A DNA stretch of 63,872 nt, counting the filler, from Aduncisulcus paluster (Eukaryota), in assembly GCA_024181965.1 (NCBI GenBank). It is 6 parts of 6 records of this genome, joined end to end, with 100 filler letters (N's around TTAATTAATTAA, not from the genome) between each part and the next. Parts side by side here need not be neighbours in the genome. Positions count along the whole stretch, not along the records: positions 13,314 to 38,045 come from BQXS01011092.1; positions 38,146 to 56,728 come from BQXS01011093.1; 4 more parts are not named here. One strand, given 5' to 3'. Of the stretch, positions 35,909 to 47,443 are shown one piece after another. The notes beneath the pieces are model-generated. The model had not been told where the DNA came from. It saw only the letters and a list, made by a program, of their open reading frames with translations, and did not search any database. Position numbers and translations under genes: made by a program. How positions within the stretch are numbered: the stretch's first letter is position 1; each line of letters opens with the position of its first letter.

Positions 35909-38045
35909 TTACTTCATTACAATAAAGTCAAGGATCATCTGCTTAATTGTTCTGATAAGTTCTTGGTATGGAGGGAGAGACTCGGCAATTGCTGAGAGTT
36001 TCTTAATGATTTCTGTTCCATCAGAGTCGATATCCTTCACAATAGCAACCAATTCCTCATCTTCCTTCTCCTCATCTTCCTCCTCCTCAGCACCAAGCAC
36101 ACTGTCTCCAATAATCCTTCTACTCTCTTCCTTCTCTTCACGAGTCCTCTTTAAGTTCTCAAGCTTGTTCACAATACACACGAGAGCAGTGCTCCATAGA
36201 CCTGTTAACTCCTTCACAAGCTTCTTACGCTCAGTTTCTTCTCTTAGTCTCTCTTCGTCAGATCTCAATTTCCCATTCATTTCAGTCAATTCATCAATCT
36301 CGGCATCAATATCCTTCAAGGAATCAATAATATCTCCTTTCTTCTGTTCCTCGGCATACAAGGTTTTCTTGGCTTTGTGGATATCTGAAGTGAAGTTGGA
36401 AATGGCCTTCTTGGTCTCAGCAACAGTCATTCGGGCAGTCGAGGAAGAGCGTGAGCCCAAGGAAGAGCGAGAGGAGGAAGAGGAGGAAGAGGAGGAGTAG
36501 GTTCGTGCAGGACGAGGAACAACGGCCCCACGTTTGATTTGACCAAGTTCGTCACTCAAAGCTTTGTCTCTCTTCTTCTTTTCCATGGCATCACGTTTCT
36601 TCTCCGAAGCTAACTTTTTCGCCATCCCTTGTTCAATTTGTTTCCATTGTGCCTTTTGATATTTCTTGATCTCACGGAGTTTCATCTCCATAATGTGAAC
36701 TTCCTTTTGCATCTTCTTGATGTCAGCCTGACCATGTTTTGGATCGGCAACCTCCATCATTTCCTTTGTAATGCTAATGGCACGCTCAAATTCTTGGATT
36801 CTCTTCTCTTCATCAATCAGGGATTTTTCAAGATCATCTCTTTCTTTCTCTTTATCTTTGATACTGCTCACAAGTCGCTCACTTTCAAGCCTCTTCTCTT
36901 CAAGCTCACGGCTATCCTCACGCGTTTTACGGGCAATCTCATCACCAAGATCGGTGATGGAAGAATTAATGCTTGCAATCAACTTTGTTTTCTTCTCAAT
37001 GGACCGAAATAGAACATCGATCTCACGTTTGGTGTATAAAAGTTCACTCTCACGGGCTTGAACGTCACCTTCGAGACGCTTGACCTTTTCTCTGAGGATA
37101 CGAAGCTGTTCTTTAAATGTTCTCTGCAAAGTATGAGCATCTTCAATGTCCTGAGTCTTGATAACAAACTCACGCTGCCGTTTCAACCACAATTGCTCTG
37201 TCTCTGCATTCTGTTCGCGCAACGACTTGATCTCTCTAGTGAGGTTATGGATTGTTGCTTCGAGGGGTCCGACGTTCTCCTCTGTCTTATTCTGAAGAAG
37301 GGCAGCAACTTGTTTGTTGAGACGATCAATCTCTCCAGCTCTCTTCTCTATCGTTCTATCCTGTTTGGATATACGCTCCTCATACTCTTTCACGACAGCT
37401 TCTTGCTTATCGATTTCTGTCTGGACAATCTCAAGACTCTTGAGCAAGGTGCTGATACTGCCTTCATAGCGGATCTTGTCAAGTTTGGCCTTTTCAAACT
37501 CATTCTCGGCAGATATCAGAGAGGCACCAATGGAATCGATGTCCTTACGAGCACTGGAAATGTCTTGCCTCGAGGAAGAGGCTTCACGGTGTAAGAAAGA
37601 ACTCTCAGAGGAAATGGTGGCAATCTCTTCTTCCGTCTTTAATCTTTGGCTTTCAATGAGGGTATTTTCACGTTGTAGCTGTTCAAGTTTCTTGTGGGTG
37701 GACGAAAGATGTCTTTTTTCAGCAACTATCTGTTCTTCAACAGCCTTCGTACTTTCAAGGGTCTCAGCAATAGCAGCGTCAACTTTCTCTTTTTCTTCCA
37801 TTAAACGTTTGAGTTGAGAGTCAAGAAGGATCGCATTTTGCTCAAGTTCATGTGTTTCGGCGGTTATTTGCATCCTTTCTTCTTGAACCTTCTGAACATT
37901 ACTTCTGGTCCTTTCTAGTTTATGAGTGAGGACTATAAGCTCACCTTCAAGCTTTTTCTTTAATTTAAGCGCAGAATCTATGTCAGAATTACGATTTTCG
38001 ATGGCTTTTAAAAGAGAATTGAATTGGGATTTATATGATTCAATA
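35909..38045 (-). CDS. CCDC40: Coiled-coil axonemal ruler protein, CCDC40-like; 5' end cut by linker
   Basis: Long coiled coil with 'EENVGPLEATIHNL..EQLWLKRQREFV' and 'GQADIKKMQKEVHIMEMKL', which are CCDC40-type motifs. Confidence 0.75.
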
Positions 38046-38145
38046 NNNNNNNNNNNNNNNNNNNNNNNNNNNNNNNNNNNNNNNNNNNNTTAATTAATTA
38101 ANNNNNNNNNNNNNNNNNNNNNNNNNNNNNNNNNNNNNNNNNNNN

Positions 38146-39656
38146 CTTACAGAATCACTCATATTGAAAACCGATTGCAAAGTGACAAGAGGCCTTTCAA
38201 ATAGGCATAAAATATCATCATTAGGCTCAGATACAGATGGAGAAGAGGAAGGGACAAGGGATATGGCTTTGCTGAGGGAATGAAGTGTGGGATCTTTCTG
38301 TTTTTGGCGTTGTTCTATCGGAAAAGGTGATATTTTGTCACCAAAAGAAGAAAACTCCTCGCTTTTTTTAGACATTGAACGATGTTGTGGTCTAAGCAGC
38401 ATTTGAGCATCATGACTTGACACATGATGGTCTTCTGATTCATGGAATTCTTCCTCTTCTTTCCTTTTGCGAATTATCGGGTGTATTTTCTTGTCTGGAG
38501 TCCCTTCGATATCCTCTTCTTCCTCATCTTCATCTTTTCCCGTGACTTCGGTGGATTCGCTTCCAATGACGACTACAGACGATTCGTCGTGCGCAGATGG
38601 ATTCTCTGAGTCAGGATGTTTGTTCAGGTTGTCAGAAGACTTTTCATGACCAAATACAACATGGGAGACCATCTTTCGCCGAGTTCTCAATGCTCTCGAG
38701 CCTTCATGAGTAGTGTCATCAATAATGCTCTGAGAGGAACTTTTGGGAGGTTTTTCAATCTGTTTTGCTAATATTTTCTCTTTTTTCTCGATTTGCCTTT
38801 CACCACTTTTTTGGTCTTTTTTTCCGGCATTCAAACCGGCCAAAAACTCGCCACTTATCTTTTTCTTGAGGAATATCGGATAAACAGAACCCGATTCGGT
38901 TTCATTTTTCTCTTCTTCCTCCCTTTCTTCCTCAGATTTAACATAGACTCGCCCTTTCTTCCTGACATATTTCACAGAGGATTGTGGAGGGATCGTACGT
39001 TGAGAAAGGTCAGACATACTGACATTTATGCTTATACTACTCCGTTCTAGAGCTATTTTTGACTTTAATAAAACCATTTCTTCCTCCAATCTTTCTTCTC
39101 CTTTTCCAAGCGATAGATAGAGATCAACAATAACTATCAACTTAAGATGGAGCATTTCATCGACAACAACTCCGATTTTATGGATTAACGAACTGTGAAC
39201 GAATAGAATCTCTGCTTTCGACATCATCATTACCTGGAAAAGAGCATCTGTCGATAAAGTTAGGGGAATAATTGATATAGAAAAGTTAGATATGATACAT
39301 GAATTTAAAACAAGATCCATTTCAGGAATATTAGGGGAGAAGATTGCAGCATTTGTACCACAATCAAGTTTTAGTCTATTTTTAAATGCATACGCCAAGT
39401 GAAGTATTTTTCGTTTAATCTCAGCATATTTCATCCATGTATAACAATCTTGGACCCCAGGATTTAGGATTGTTTTCTTGACAGTTTTTTTGACAGGCTC
39501 TTTCGCTATCCCAACAGGACGCTTAATTGGAGGGATAGCAAGGCATTGATTCACTGAATATGTGTCAAAGCTGGAAAGAATTAGGTGATTCAGAGTTGGA
39601 AATCGATATTCATCGATAAAAGGTTTTGTGGACTTGGGTAAGACATATGAAGACAT
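38146..39656 (-). CDS. Long-chain acyl-CoA synthetase-like N-terminal region with a long charged insert; 3'-truncated
   Basis: 'YTWMKYAEI..AAIFSPNIPE..IPLTLSTDALFQVMMMSKAEILFV..LKLIVIVD' resembles the ACSL N-terminus. Confidence 0.55.
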
Positions 39657-40236
39657 AGATCAATAATATTCTCAAATACGTTGAAAGAAATAAATGGATA
39701 AATTTGAATCTAACTGATAAAACAAAAGAAATTCACTTGGCAGATGGTGGCTTGTCAAAATCGTTCATATCATGTCTCATATTCTTACCAAGAACTCAAT
39801 TGTCAACAGAAAATCCATCATGATTTAATATCGTAACAAGATATAACACTTATTTTATACTCTTTGTTGAGTGAAAAAATCGCATTCACCAAGATATAGG
39901 AAAAACTGGATTAATGGGAAAATTTAATGGATACATTTAATAATCTTGCAAAAAAGAATTATAAGATTTGATATAAATAATAGATGATTTGTTTTATACG
40001 TTTCATCTCTCTCTATTCATCCAAAAAACTATATTCTTTGAAATTGGAGGAACTAGTAATCATCTAGTAAAACTACATCATTTTTAGATAAGCATGTGGC
40101 ATTGAAATATTATTTCTTTAATTTAAAAATCTTCGAAATAGTTTTGAAATTCCAGACGAAAAAAAATTGAAAGTACATAAACAAATCTTTACTATTTATA
40201 GAAACTATATCATATATATTTATCGGGTAAACTCAA

Positions 40237-41778
40237 TTACTCTTCAGAAGTAGTGATATCACGGTAGATGGAAGGCATACGAGCAAGAACAGCAATAGCG
40301 AGTTGGAACTCTCCGTAACTGATACACTCACCGAGACAGTGACAATTCTGCTCACATCCAGGACCCCAACCGATCATAGCAGGGTGGGTGTAACCAGCCT
40401 TGTGGATCCATCTCTTCTCCTCGTCAACCTTGTGCTCAGTGGTCTCACGGATGGGAACACCAACACCATCAGTGCTGAAAACGAAGCATCCGACGTATGG
40501 TTCACGCTTGATGATATGTTTAGTACGTTCTAAGATCTCTTCAGGGGCACGTTCAGTGATCTGACTCTTGTAAGACTTGACAAAGGCATCAACAGCAGCA
40601 TGGTCTTCAGGGGTCTCCCATGACATGTAGACTTCCTCGTTGTTGGGGTTGTAACCCTTCCAGGTGAGTTTCTCGTACAATGGGATACGCACAGTGACAG
40701 TGAGACCAGCTTCACGAGCGGCAGCAACACTAGGGAGACCTTCAAGATCAGCAACACACTGATCGGGGGTTTCTCCAACAGTTGTTCTACGGTCAAAGCG
40801 GTAAACAACCCGCTGAGGCACAGCACAAAATGAGGGTGTATCAACATGACAGTGAGAAGCAGTACGAGTACCCTTTCCGAGGAACTCATGATCCAAGATT
40901 CCTTCACCTCTGATAACCTGATCAGTGGCTTCAGCAAGGATACGACTACCCCATTCAACAGGATTCTTACCCATATGAGGCATAGAACCGTGACAAGACT
41001 TTCCAATGACCTCAAGTTCAATTTGCATACGACCACGCTGACCTCTGTAGATACCAAGCTGGCTTCTCTCAGAGTGACCAGTACCCTCAGTAAGAACAAT
41101 AAGATCAGGAACAAGGGATTGTTTCCAACCAGATTCGGGGAGAGTGTGAGTGAAGTAGTAACGAGGACCAGCACCATCATTGTCTTCCTCAGCAGTGGTA
41201 CCAACGGAAATAATGATAATGTTCTTCAAAGATCCAAGAGATTTGAGTTCGAGAAGGATTTTGGTGGTGATAACTTGGGAAACAACACCAGAAAGTTGGT
41301 CAGCAGATCCACGACCAAAGATAGTACGGTGCCACTCCTTTTTCTCAGGAACCCAACCAATACATCCCTTAAGAGCTTCTTCTGAAACTTTTTCAGGATC
41401 AGTAAGACCCTTAAAACAGTCAATTCCTTCTCCGATAACATCCTTCCAAGATTCAGGCAAGGGATCAACGGTATCGGTGTGACCATCGAACATAATAACC
41501 TTCTTTTTCTCTACGGGGAATCCATCGTCGTGGTCTTGAACGGTCCAGACAATGTTTCCATATTCGTCAAACCAAACATCTTCTGGCTTCTCGACGGCAC
41601 CAATCTCAACGATCTTCTTCTTGAGGTACTCAAGACGGGGACCTTCATGGTTACTCATACCACATTCAGGATCTTCTTTGTAGTGATCTTCAGGAATTCT
41701 GATACACTCTTTGAGGATTTCAACAGCAAGAGGGTTGTATTTAGCAGCTAACTCAGCGATTTTGTCGTCAATATTCAT
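40237..41778 (-). CDS. M20-family metallo-hydrolase, YgeY-like
   Basis: Motifs 'FDGHTDTV', 'GRGSADQ', 'EEDNDG', 'IYRGQRGRMQIE..GKSCHGS', 'FSTDGV' and 'GWGPG.E..CH'. Confidence 0.85.
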   Translation of the reverse strand: MNIDDKIAELAAKYNPLAVEILKECIRIPEDHYKEDPECGMSNHEGPRLEYLKKKIVEIGAVEKPEDVWFDEYGNIVWTVQDHDDGFPVEKKKVIMFDGHTDTVDPLPESWKDVIGEGIDCFKGLTDPEKVSEEALKGCIGWVPEKKEWHRTIFGRGSADQLSGVVSQVITTKILLELKSLGSLKNIIIISVGTTAEEDNDGAGPRYYFTHTLPESGWKQSLVPDLIVLTEGTGHSERSQLGIYRGQRGRMQIELEVIGKSCHGSMPHMGKNPVEWGSRILAEATDQVIRGEGILDHEFLGKGTRTASHCHVDTPSFCAVPQRVVYRFDRRTTVGETPDQCVADLEGLPSVAAAREAGLTVTVRIPLYEKLTWKGYNPNNEEVYMSWETPEDHAAVDAFVKSYKSQITERAPEEILERTKHIIKREPYVGCFVFSTDGVGVPIRETTEHKVDEEKRWIHKAGYTHPAMIGWGPGCEQNCHCLGECISYGEFQLAIAVLARMPSIYRDITTSEE

Positions 41779-42150
41779 CGTAGATTACGAAAAGGTTACA
41801 AAAATCAAGAGAAAAAATTTTGACTTTGTTCAAAAAATGATGCGTGAGTAATCATTGAACATGTGGGAAATTCATTGGGAATAAAATGACCTTGAAGATC
41901 ATAATTATGATAACTGATCAGTATGAATGAATAAATCATTGGATGGAATGCAGGCGAAAGTTCAATTTGTATCTAGAGCCCAAATTAAAATGCCAAGTCT
42001 GATTAATACGTCTAAAATGATCGGTTTAATCAGGAAGCTATGAGATTATGGTAATAATTTGGATGAAATCATCTAGAATAACGAGAAGCTGTTTTTGGCG
42101 GCAGTAACAAAATTTTTCTCCAAACTTTCTTTTCAATCATTCTTCAATTG

Positions 42151-44529
42151 ATGTTGCCTGCTTCGAATAACTCTATTAAGGAGGATAGAAGGCGATGTGG
42201 ACTGGAAAGACCATTCTCAATCCCTTTTCTTATTGGAGCTTCAGTTTATTTTTTACTCGGCTTTTTCTTCCTATTTTGGGTTGTAAGTGCCTTTCATAAA
42301 TATATTGCCATCCCTATTTTTATTGTTAGTTCCATTCTTTGGTTGCTACCAGGGATTTTCTCTGTTATCGTTATGTATATTGATCCAGTGGATGAATTGA
42401 TTCCAAAATACCCAAATTTACGAGAAAGATTTGTAATTTCACATGGGATTGAAGGTCGGGACTATTATTGCGATAAATGCCATTGTCATGTTGAAGCAGG
42501 AACAAAACACTGCTGGACATGTAAAAAATGCGTTGTTGGTTTTGATCACCATTGTGTATGGTTAAATACATGTATAGGAAAGCATAATTATCATTATTTT
42601 TGGTTATTATTAAATACATTCGCAGTTTTTATTGTTTACGATTTATCTGTTAGCATTGCTCTTTTATTTGTCGCTATTTTTGTCGATAATGCATCCTCAG
42701 CTTCAATAACGGACGATAAATATAAATTCCCGCTCTATTTCTTCAATGACAATCTTGGATTATATATTGGATTCGGAGTTGTTCTTCTTCTCAATTGTTT
42801 GTTTATATTTTCTATATTTAGTCTGCTTGCATTCCATGTAAAACTGAGAAAGATGGGGAAAACCACATATCAAGCTGTCAAAGAGCGAGAGCTTGAACAA
42901 GTCGAGGAGTCTGATTCTGATGAGGGCAGTGAACAACGGGGGCAAGAGAATCCCGAGGCTGATGAATCTGCTCTAAGTCCAGATGTCCACCAAGTTGTGA
43001 AAGGAGATAGTGACAGTCCTGACTCTGACAAAAAGAAGAAGAAGAAGAATAAGAACGCTAAATCCTCAAAGAATTGTAAGAAAGGTTCCAAGAATGTTCA
43101 AGAACCTGAGCATTGTTGCTGTTTCAGTAGCTTTGGCAATGATCTATTCACCACACGTGCCCAGAAAATGTATCCCTGTCTCTCTCCTCCTACAGCTGAA
43201 TTAATGCTATATACGTGCACATGTGGCAAAGAACTTAAGCGAATGATAGAGAGATCACAGAGTAATGCAGATCAGACCCATGGAACCCATGGAACTGGAA
43301 CCGGGAAGGGGAAGGGCAAAGAAGTCCTCCCTGACAAGAAGAAAGGAGAAGATTCGGGCAAGACAAAGTCAGGGAAACCTAAGAAAGATGAGGGAGAAAA
43401 AGACACTTCAAAGGAAGGAAAGAAAGATATTCCTTCAATAACCACTGATAAAAAGGATACTGGTATTGCATCCCACCCCCCTGCTTCCGAGAGTGCCACT
43501 GAGTCTAAACCTAAGCATAAGAGAACTCTATCACATACATTATCGTGCAAGGACGACGTTGGAGAGGAATCGAGTGAGATTGCCTCCGTTGATGACCATG
43601 AAATCCCTGGGACATCCAATGAACTGGAGTCGCTTGATGCTGTTGAAACAGTGACATCTGCGAAGTGTGGACTCTGCGGCCTTGGTAACAGAAGCAAACT
43701 GGATGCTGTGCTTGACTCCTTGGAGAGAGAGGAAGGACAAGTACAAGGAAGTCTGGATCAGATCGATCATGGGAAGAGATCTGATGATGCCAAGAGGAGT
43801 GATATTGATCCCAGTCGTTCATTCACACACTTCGAGCAAGGATGGACGAAGAAAGACAGGGCAGGTAAGAAGAGAATATCTGTTGAGATGAGTGAATCTC
43901 GATCCTCTTTGCCTTCTGCAACACCCCATACCCCTTCAGTGATCAGAGGACCCAGTAGTGCTCGAGAAATGATAACAGCTACATCATCGACACCTCAGAT
44001 CCAACTTTCTCATGTGAGTGCTGCTGTTGAGAGTGGAGCTATGAATGATTCCTCCTTCGATGATGATGCATCAGATGTTCGTGTGAAGCATTCCATAGAT
44101 GATACAATCGGTCAAGGAAAGTCAAGAAAGGGATGGAAATGGAGTTCTTTCTCACTCAGACCTAAACCCAAGAAGGTCCAAGAGCCGGATTCTTCGGTGC
44201 TTTCTCATAGTGTTGGTAGCATTCCTGTCCCAATATCGTCGTCTGAGAAAAGCATAAGAGGTTCTTCTTCATCAAAGTCATCAGGTACTTCCAAAATATT
44301 GCCTCCAATATCTCCAGCGATCCACCCAGAGGTGGGGAAAGTTATTTTTAGACGCTTTGAGAAAGATGAGGAAGAAGAGGAAGAGGAAGATTCTGCTGTC
44401 GTATCCATCTCTGACGATCAAGGTGAAGGTATTGATGGGACAAAGGAGAAGGTTGATGCCGTTAAGTTCTCAATGTGCTGTGGGAAATCATCGTTTATGG
44501 ATGATATGCCAGCTGAATTGAGTGAGTAG
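42151..44529 (+). CDS. DHHC palmitoyl acyltransferase with a long disordered C-tail
   Basis: Four TM helices, 'CDKC..KHCWTCKKCVVGFDHHCVWLNTCIG..NY' and 'TTY'. Confidence 0.92.
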   Translation: MLPASNNSIKEDRRRCGLERPFSIPFLIGASVYFLLGFFFLFWVVSAFHKYIAIPIFIVSSILWLLPGIFSVIVMYIDPVDELIPKYPNLRERFVISHGIEGRDYYCDKCHCHVEAGTKHCWTCKKCVVGFDHHCVWLNTCIGKHNYHYFWLLLNTFAVFIVYDLSVSIALLFVAIFVDNASSASITDDKYKFPLYFFNDNLGLYIGFGVVLLLNCLFIFSIFSLLAFHVKLRKMGKTTYQAVKERELEQVEESDSDEGSEQRGQENPEADESALSPDVHQVVKGDSDSPDSDKKKKKKNKNAKSSKNCKKGSKNVQEPEHCCCFSSFGNDLFTTRAQKMYPCLSPPTAELMLYTCTCGKELKRMIERSQSNADQTHGTHGTGTGKGKGKEVLPDKKKGEDSGKTKSGKPKKDEGEKDTSKEGKKDIPSITTDKKDTGIASHPPASESATESKPKHKRTLSHTLSCKDDVGEESSEIASVDDHEIPGTSNELESLDAVETVTSAKCGLCGLGNRSKLDAVLDSLEREEGQVQGSLDQIDHGKRSDDAKRSDIDPSRSFTHFEQGWTKKDRAGKKRISVEMSESRSSLPSATPHTPSVIRGPSSAREMITATSSTPQIQLSHVSAAVESGAMNDSSFDDDASDVRVKHSIDDTIGQGKSRKGWKWSSFSLRPKPKKVQEPDSSVLSHSVGSIPVPISSSEKSIRGSSSSKSSGTSKILPPISPAIHPEVGKVIFRRFEKDEEEEEEEDSAVVSISDDQGEGIDGTKEKVDAVKFSMCCGKSSFMDDMPAELSE

Positions 44530-45190
44530 GAATTACTCACTTAAAAGATAAAAGAAAAGTCTTCCCCCATATTATCTTTTCTTTTTCGATACTACGAATA
44601 AGAACTCTTATTAATATAAATTATCTTTAAAATACACATATCATATATAATATTTATATATATTATATCATTTTCTATCAGCATTTATTTAATTTTATTT
44701 ATCTTTTTGGATCAAAATGGTGTTCTGAGTCTTCTACATTGATAGCAATAATGAGGCTTCACAGAGTTTGCATTCTTAATAATCTTGAGATATTATCTCA
44801 TTTTATCTTTATATTTTAGAGAAATAATAATAGAATAGGACTTCTTATGACTTTTTTATGCTCTGACAAACCTCTGTCAGTGCCACTGATTGTGGTTCCT
44901 GTTTTCTGTATTTTTTCCAACATAAATTGGAAAACTGTGGGCATAAAATAAATTAATTTGAAATTGGTTGTCAATTTTACATTATTTAAATTGCTATTTA
45001 CCAGTGTCCTTGAAAAATTACGAAAATGCATGCAAAAGGGAGCTGATTTTGTTACTTGATTTGCCAAATCGTTTAGAAAATAGATTTATCTATATCTCTA
45101 AACTTGTAACCTATCGATATTTTATCTTAATCCTTGTTAAACATCAGTTGAATTTAACGTTTCGTTTATCCTTGATTTTCCCCATTAATT

Positions 45191-47221
45191 ATGAAGGATT
45201 CAAGCCATCTTGATGAAGAAAGCTCTGAAAAAATCACAGACGCCCCTGTAAAGAAGACAGAGAAAAAGCCTTGGAGTGAAATCAAGAAACTCATTAAATG
45301 GCGTGAGACTATCGGATGGAGTTTTGTTGATGTATCTAATTCAACTTACATCACACTCATGACTTCACTATATAACGCATATTTTACAAATACGGTTGCT
45401 GGAAGCTCTGATATCAGCAACACTATTTTTTCAGTCTCTCAGGCCATTCCCACTGTCCTTGTTGTTCTCATATCTCCAGTTCTGGGAGCTTTCATTGATT
45501 TACATGGATATAAATTATTCTTTTTGACAATTACCGCCATTCTTTATTCTCTTGCATGCATGATGCTTGTTTTTGTAAAACCCGGTGATTACGTCTTTGG
45601 AGCCATTCTTATTGCCTTTGGAAGATTCGGTTTTGGAATGAGTGAAGGCATATGTGCCTCATTCTTGCCCGATTGTGTCATTGACCGTGAATGTGTCAGT
45701 ATTGTCAGTGGAATTGGTTGGGGAAGTGGCTACTTTGGAGGTGGAATCGTTGCCTTATTGTTGATTTATACCGTTATTATGGGTTATGAAGACACTGATC
45801 CTGATTTCCCACAGAGGATGCAATATGCTACCCTTCTGGGTGGTTGTTTGGCTGCCGTTTTCTTTATTCCGGCAATCTATGGTCTGTGGCACATCAGACA
45901 TTCAGGAGAGGACATGAGAGATGCTGAATCTGGCAAACTGGACCAATCTGTTGAAATGAAAGATTCTAAGAGAAGAGCAAGTACCCTTGGAAATCAATCC
46001 GATGGAGAACCAAGAGTAGAGGGAAAAGAAGAACAAGAAGAANNNNNNNNNNNNNNNNNNNNTGGAGCCATTCTTATTGCCTTTGGAAGATTCGGTTTTG
46101 GAATGAGTGAAGGCATATGTGCCTCATTCTTGCCCGATTGTGTCATTGACCGTGAATGTGTCAGTATTGTCAGTGGAATTGGTTGGGGAAGTGGCTACTT
46201 TGGAGGTGGAATCGTTGCCTTATTGTTGATTTATACCGTTATTATGGGTTATGAAGACACTGATCCTGATTTCCCACAGAGGATGCAATATGCTACCCTT
46301 CTGGGTGGTTGTTTGGCTGCCGTTTTCTTTATTCCGGCAATCTATGGTCTGTGGCACATCAGACATTCAGGAGAGGACATGAGAGATGCTGAATCTGGCA
46401 AACTGGACCAATCTGTTGAAATGAAAGATTCTAAGAGAAGAGCAAGTACCCTTGGAAATCAATCCGATGGAGAACCAAGAGTAGAGGGAAAAGAAGAACA
46501 AGAAGAACAAGAATCTGAAGGTATTTGTGCTACATTTTCGAGCACTTTCAAGCAAATCTTCCACACGATCAAAGTTGTCTTCAAAAACCGTGATCTTTCA
46601 TTTTATTTTGCTTCATTCTTTGTGTTTATGATTGGTATGACCGGTGTGATCACTTTTATTGGAGTCTTTGCTACTGACGTTGCTGGACTCGACAGTGGTG
46701 ATCTCACTGTGATGTTTATTATTATCCAGACCACTGCTGCACTTGGAGCTTTCTTCTTCAGCATGTTGGAAATGAAGATTGGTGGAAAACCTGTTGTGAT
46801 GATCTCTTTAACCATCTGGTCCATTGGACTCATCTTGGTCCTAGGTTCAAAATTCTACTGCGGTTGGTTCGACTGGAGTATGAAAATATGCTTCCTTATT
46901 CTCGTTCCTGCCGTTGGATGTGCCATGGGTTCATTGCAATCATCCTCAAGGTCCCTCTTGGCCATCCTGACACCTAAGAAATTATCCTCGGAGATGTTTG
47001 CCCTTTGGGAGTTTGTAATTGCCATGTCTTCACTCATTTGTTACGTCTATGGTCCTCTTGCCGACGCCACTGATTCCCACATTATTCCAGGATGTGTCTT
47101 TGGATGTGCTTTCGTCATTGGTCTCATTCTCATGGCTCCAGTGGATGTTAATAGGGGTAAGGCAAGGGCAAAGCAATGGCAAAAGGAACTTATGGAACAA
47201 TCCAACGCTGTCAAGGCCTAA
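45191..47221 (+). CDS. MFS transporter, Atg22/UMF1-like (internal duplication is an assembly artefact)
   Basis: 'GWSFVDVSNSTY', 'SPVLGAFID', 'VSGIGWGSGYFGG' and 'QSSSRSLLAILTP..EMFAL'. About 12 TMs after removing the duplicate. Confidence 0.82.
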   Translation: MKDSSHLDEESSEKITDAPVKKTEKKPWSEIKKLIKWRETIGWSFVDVSNSTYITLMTSLYNAYFTNTVAGSSDISNTIFSVSQAIPTVLVVLISPVLGAFIDLHGYKLFFLTITAILYSLACMMLVFVKPGDYVFGAILIAFGRFGFGMSEGICASFLPDCVIDRECVSIVSGIGWGSGYFGGGIVALLLIYTVIMGYEDTDPDFPQRMQYATLLGGCLAAVFFIPAIYGLWHIRHSGEDMRDAESGKLDQSVEMKDSKRRASTLGNQSDGEPRVEGKEEQEEXXXXXXXGAILIAFGRFGFGMSEGICASFLPDCVIDRECVSIVSGIGWGSGYFGGGIVALLLIYTVIMGYEDTDPDFPQRMQYATLLGGCLAAVFFIPAIYGLWHIRHSGEDMRDAESGKLDQSVEMKDSKRRASTLGNQSDGEPRVEGKEEQEEQESEGICATFSSTFKQIFHTIKVVFKNRDLSFYFASFFVFMIGMTGVITFIGVFATDVAGLDSGDLTVMFIIIQTTAALGAFFFSMLEMKIGGKPVVMISLTIWSIGLILVLGSKFYCGWFDWSMKICFLILVPAVGCAMGSLQSSSRSLLAILTPKKLSSEMFALWEFVIAMSSLICYVYGPLADATDSHIIPGCVFGCAFVIGLILMAPVDVNRGKARAKQWQKELMEQSNAVKA

Positions 47222-47443
47222 TGTAAAATTTGATTCTTTTGAAAAGATTTTTTGACTGATTTTTTTCAATATTTTATCGTATATATCTTCCATTTTCTCT
47301 ACAAATGTATCCAGCAAGTAAATTTATTTACAAATATATTTTTTTATTATTATATGCCAAATTATTTCAAATGATTCAGATTCTAGATGTTTAAATCTAT
47401 GTATTTTGTTATTTCTGTTTTTTCTTCCGTGCACCATGAAATA

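Noticed and set aside
36629-37817. Many antisense or nested ORFs within long genes
   Set aside because: Shadow ORFs produced by the codon bias of charged coiled-coil genes.
45598-46507. Apparent internal duplication in the MFS transporter (also 26765-27306, 29914-30433, 55291-55728)
   Set aside because: Each duplicate straddles a 20-N gap, so these are unmerged overlaps or alleles.
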